The translations under genes were made by a program, and so were the position numbers. From positions 39,618,001 through 39,682,000 of the forward strand of contig JAGIQG010000011.1 in NCBI GenBank assembly GCA_024679065.1: a DNA stretch of 64,000 nucleotides. Direction: 5' to 3'. The DNA is from Sphyrna mokarran (lineage: Eukaryota). The number at the start of each line of letters is the position of its first letter. Position 1 is the stretch's first letter. Below are positions 59,821-64,000 of this stretch, in pieces. The notes beneath the pieces are model-generated. The model ran no database searches. It saw only the letters and a program-made list of their open reading frames with translations, and was not told the DNA's origin.

Positions 59821-60120
59821 ACAAGCCTGGTCCACCACGTAACCTGAATATCAGTGAAGTCAGAAGAGATTCATGCTACCTGACATGGAAAGAACCAGAA
59901 GACAATGGTGGTGCTGTTATCTCCAACTACGTAATTGAGAAAAGGGATGTTGCAGCTCCTCAGTGGGTCCCTGTCTCATCCACAACCAAAAAGCACAGTG
60001 TTATGGCTAGGTACTTAATGGAAGGCATTCAGTATTTGTTCCGAGTGGCTGCTGAAAATCAATACGGTAGAAGTAGCTTCGTTGAATCAACGAAACCTAT
60101 AAAGGCAATTGATCCAATAT
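59821..60120 (+). CDS. ttn: titin FN3 A30 exon
   Basis: KPGPPRNL...; 300 nt. Confidence 0.95.
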
Positions 60121-60209
60121 GTGAGTACTCATTTGTTGAAATTAATATTTCACTCACAACTTTCATCCCTGTTCACAGCAGCTAAATTATCATGTTTTAT
60201 TTTTGATAG

Positions 60210-60503
60210 CTCCACCTGGCCCACCGAAGAACTTACACCATGTTGATGTGGACAAGACAGAAGTGTCTCTTCTTTGGAATTATCCAGATCGTGATGGAGG
60301 TTCTGAAGTCACAGGATTTTTAGTTGAATACCAGGAGGATGGAGCACAAGATTGGATTAAATTCAAGACTGTTAGCATACCAGAATGTGTTGTAACTGGT
60401 TTACAACAAGGAAAGACGTACAAGTTCCGTGTTAAAGCTCAAAATGCAGCTGGGCTTGGTCGACCAGATTCAACCATACCTATCCTCTGCCAGGAGAAAT
60501 TAG
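60210..60503 (+). CDS. ttn: titin FN3 A31 exon
   Basis: PPGPPKNL...; 294 nt. Confidence 0.95.
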
Positions 60504-60614
60504 GTTAGTTAGTTACATTGACTCAGATCATTTGCTTTGTGTTTTCCATTGCATTCGATCTGCAATTTATTTTTCATAATAATCATTGGTTTCCTGTATG
60601 CTTTTGTTTTACAG

Positions 60615-63581
60615 TATCCCCATCAGTGGATATAGATGTGAAGCTGATTGAAGGTCTTGTTGTAAAGGCTGGAAGCACAGTCAGACTTCCTGCTTTGATG
60701 AGGGGCATTCCTCCTCCTTCAGCAAAGTGGGTCACTGACAGTACTGAGATTAAATCAGAAGGCAATTACAAAATCGATACTGACAACTATTCAACTGTAC
60801 TCACTATTAAAGATTGTACCAGAAAACATACTGGTGAATATATTCTTACTGTTTCCAATCCAGTTGGCAGCAAGACAGTGGGTCTACATTTGACAGTCCT
60901 GGATGTTCCTGGTCCACCTGTTGGCCCAATCAATATCCTTGAAGTAACACCACAGCACATGATTATCTCTTGGCGCCCACCTAAGGATGATGGTGGAAGT
61001 CCCATCATCAATTATATCATTGAGAAACGAGAAACCAAGAAGGAAACCTGGGGTATTGTTAGCTCTGGAAGCACAAGCACTCAATTTAAAATTCCCCGTC
61101 TTCAGAAAGGATGTGAATACATTATGCGTGTTCGAGCAGAAAACAAAATTGGCATTGGTGAACCACTCGAGTCTAAACCCACTGTTGCCAAGTACATGTT
61201 TGATGTTCCAGGCCCACCCACTAAACCAACTGTTTATGATATCACAGAAAATGCTGTAACAGTTTCTTGGGGCATACCAAAGTACGATGGTGGCAGCCCG
61301 ATTATTGGTTACATTATGGAACGCAGAGAAACAACTGGTAAATGGATTCGGGTGAATAAGACACCAATTTTAGATCTAAAAATGAGAACGGTTGGACTTT
61401 TTGAAGGAAATGTGTATGAATTCAGAATATTTGCTGAAAATATTGCTGGTCTAAGTAAACCATCACCAATCTCCGATCCTGTCTCAGCAAAGCGCCCTAT
61501 TAGACCACCGGGACCACCAATCAATCCTAAACTGAAAGACAAGACAAGAGAATCTGTTGACTTAGTCTGGACAAAGCCTAGCAAGGATGGAGGTAGCCCA
61601 ATCTTAGGATATATTGTAGAATGTCAGAAGGCAAGTACTACACAGTGGAATAGAATTAATAAGGATAATTTAATCGAGCAATGTGCTTTTAGAGTACCTG
61701 GTCTTATCGAAGGTAATGAATATCGATTCCGTGTAAAGGCTGCCAATGTTGTCGGTGAAGGTGAACCAAGAGAACTACCAGAATCTGTAATTACAAAGGA
61801 CATCCTTCATCCTCCAGAGCTAGAACTTGATATTGTTTGTCGTGAGCTGGTCACAGTTCGTGTGGGACAAACAATTAGCATAACTGGCCGTGTTAAAGGC
61901 AGACCAGATCCAGAAATCACATGGTCAAAAGAAGGCAAGATGCTTTCTGATGACAAACGTGTAAAGATGAATAATGACTATCCTGTTATACAACTTTTGA
62001 TTAAAGAGGCGACCAGAGCTGACCATGGTAAATATATTGTTGTTGCGAAAAATAGTAGTGGACATGCCCAAGCTGCTGTTGTCGTCAATGTACTTGATAG
62101 ACCTGGCCCTTGTAAAAACATCAAGGTCAGCTATGTCACTAAAGATTCCTGTATGCTTGCCTGGGAAAATCCAGATGATAATGGAGGCTCAGAAATTACT
62201 AACTACATAGCAGAAAACCGTCAACCCAGCCAGAGAGGATGGTCTGTGATCTCATCTGATTTGACTAAACGTGTGGTCAAAGTTCCACTTACAACAAATC
62301 ATGAATATTTCTTCCGCGTGTGTGCAGAAAACAAAGTAGGACTAGGTCCAACCATTGAAACCAAAACACCAGTTTTAGCCATAGATCCCATTGAAAGACC
62401 TGGAGAACCTGAAAACTTCCATGTTGCTGACATAGGAAAGACATTTGTCCTGCTTAATTGGAGGCGACCTGACTATGATGGTGGTAGTCCTAATCTATCT
62501 TATCATGTTGAAAGAAAGCTAAAGGATTCAGCTGAATGGGAAAGATTACACAAAGGAAGCATTAAAGACACTAGTTTCATGGCTGACCGATGTATTGAGA
62601 ACCAAACCTATCAGTTTAGAGTTCAAACAAAGAATGAAGGTGGTGAAAGCAACTGGGTGAAGACAGATTATGTTATTGTTAAGCCAGAAATACAGAAACC
62701 AGTCTTGGATCTAAAGCTGACTGGAGTGTTAACTGTAAGAGCAGGTGACACCATCAGAATTGAAGCATCTCTCAGAGGCAAGCCTCAACCAGAAGTTGTT
62801 TGGGTAAAGGACAAAGATGCAGTTGATCTGAGCAGATCACCTCGAGCTAAGATTGAAACAACTGCTGACACAGCCAAACTCACTATAACTAAATCTAAAC
62901 GCGAAGACAGTGGCAAATATGTAATCACTGCAACTAATTCAGCAGGTAGCTTCACAGCATATGCCACCGTGAATGTGTTGGATGTACCAAGTGAAGTCAG
63001 AAGCTTGAAGGTCTCTGGCATTGCAAGTGATAGATGTAGAGTCAGCTGGGACCCACCAGCAGATGATGGTGGCTGTGAAATTCAAAACTATGTTCTAGAG
63101 AAGTGTGAAAGTAAGAGAATGGTCTGGTCCGTGTTCTCCTCTTCTATAATTGCCGAATATGCAAATGTTACTCGTCTTATTGAAGGAAACGAATATATCT
63201 TCAGGGTACGTGCAGAAAACAAAATAGGCACAGGTCCACCAACAGAAACAACGCCAATGGTAGCTAAGACACAGTTTAATAGACCTGGTCCTCCAGATGC
63301 ACCAGAGGTCACTAAAGTTAGCAAGGAAGAAATGACTGTTGTTTGGAATGCACCAGAAGATGATGGTGGAAAATCAATCACAGGATATATTCTGGAGAAG
63401 AAAGAGAAACGAGCTGTTAGATGGATTCCAGTCACCAAGAGTTCAATCCCAGAGAGACGCATGAAGGTTACAAATCTGATTCCTGAACGTGAATACCAGT
63501 TCCGTGTCAAAGCTGAAAATGAAATTGGATTAGGAGACCCAAGCCCACCATCAAAACCGGCAATAGCAAAGGATCCAATGG
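60615..63581 (+). CDS. ttn: titin large D-zone exon, A32-A41 (Ig-FN3x3-Ig-FN3x2-Ig-FN3x2), 2967 nt
   Basis: acag|TATCC...ATGG|gtactt; ten tandem domains in one ORF. Confidence 0.97.
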
Positions 63582-63685
63582 GTACTTACATTATAACATT
63601 TTTAAAAATTCTCAAAGTACAAATATTTAATTCCTTGTCACTTTATAAATTTCTCCTGACTCATTTCCTATCTTTCTTTGCACAG

Positions 63686-64000
63686 AACCTCCTGGCCCTC
63701 CAACTGGTCTAAAGGTGGTTGATAGTACAAAGACTTCAATTTCCCTTGGCTGGACAAAGCCAGTGTACGACGGCGGTTCTCCCATCATTGGTTATGTTGT
63801 TGAAATGAGATCAAAGGGTGTCAGCAAATTACCCGAAGAAGGATGGAAGAGATGTAATGTTCCAGCTCAGCTTGTCCTTACTCAATTTACCATGACAGGC
63901 CTTAATGAGAAAGAAGAATATGAATTTAGAGTTTCTGCACAAAACCAGGTTGGAATTGGTCGCCCTGCTGAACTGAAGGAAGCAGTATCACCAAAGGAGA
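63686..64000 (+). CDS. ttn: titin FN3 A42 exon (truncated by window end)
   Basis: cacag|AACCT; PPGPPTGL...WTKPVYDGGS... Confidence 0.94.

Larger units (their letters stand above)
1086..64000 (+). other. ttn: Titin gene, internal segment (distal PEVK to end of A-band D-zone), 87 exons; extends beyond both window edges
   Basis: AG/GT(GC)-bounded exons join in one frame encoding PEVK, then I-set Ig and FN3 domains in titin order; recognisable titin peptides (KKTPSP...QLKAVPLKFVK; I27-like; WEPP..DGGS FN3 motifs). Confidence 0.99.

Noticed and set aside
1-64000. Prokaryotic features (CRISPR array, operon, defence system, rRNA)
   Set aside because: The sequence is a spliced vertebrate gene; there is no repeat-spacer array, and recurring motifs are Ig/FN3 or PEVK coding repeats and retroposons.

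Overview
This is eukaryotic genomic DNA, not prokaryotic: an internal 64-kb segment of a vertebrate titin (ttn) gene on the + strand. The HE1-like SINE, CR1, Penelope and Harbinger repeats in its introns point to a cartilaginous fish (shark). I traced 87 exons by splice signals and reading-frame continuity: six distal PEVK exons (including a 2526-nt exon with internal repeats), the distal tandem-Ig segment (I84-I104), the I/A junction (I105-I118), and the A-band D-zone of six 7-domain Ig/FN3 super-repeats (A1-A42, cut at the window end). Counting exons from the PEVK/I84 exon reproduces human TTN exon numbers 225-305 one to one. The human numbers and domain names are from memory, not from an alignment. 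Most interesting: (i) the intron positionally equivalent to the Cronos internal promoter carries E-box, GATA and CArG-like motifs and candidate start codons; (ii) a giant repeat-containing PEVK exon lies between the apparent orthologues of two small mammalian PEVK exons; (iii) a dense RBFOX-motif cluster follows the last small PEVK exon; (iv) two GC-AG introns; (v) a two-ORF Harbinger fossil with related MITEs, and a young CR1 insertion with a 9-bp target-site duplication. I found no evidence for a wholly new gene system beyond these.
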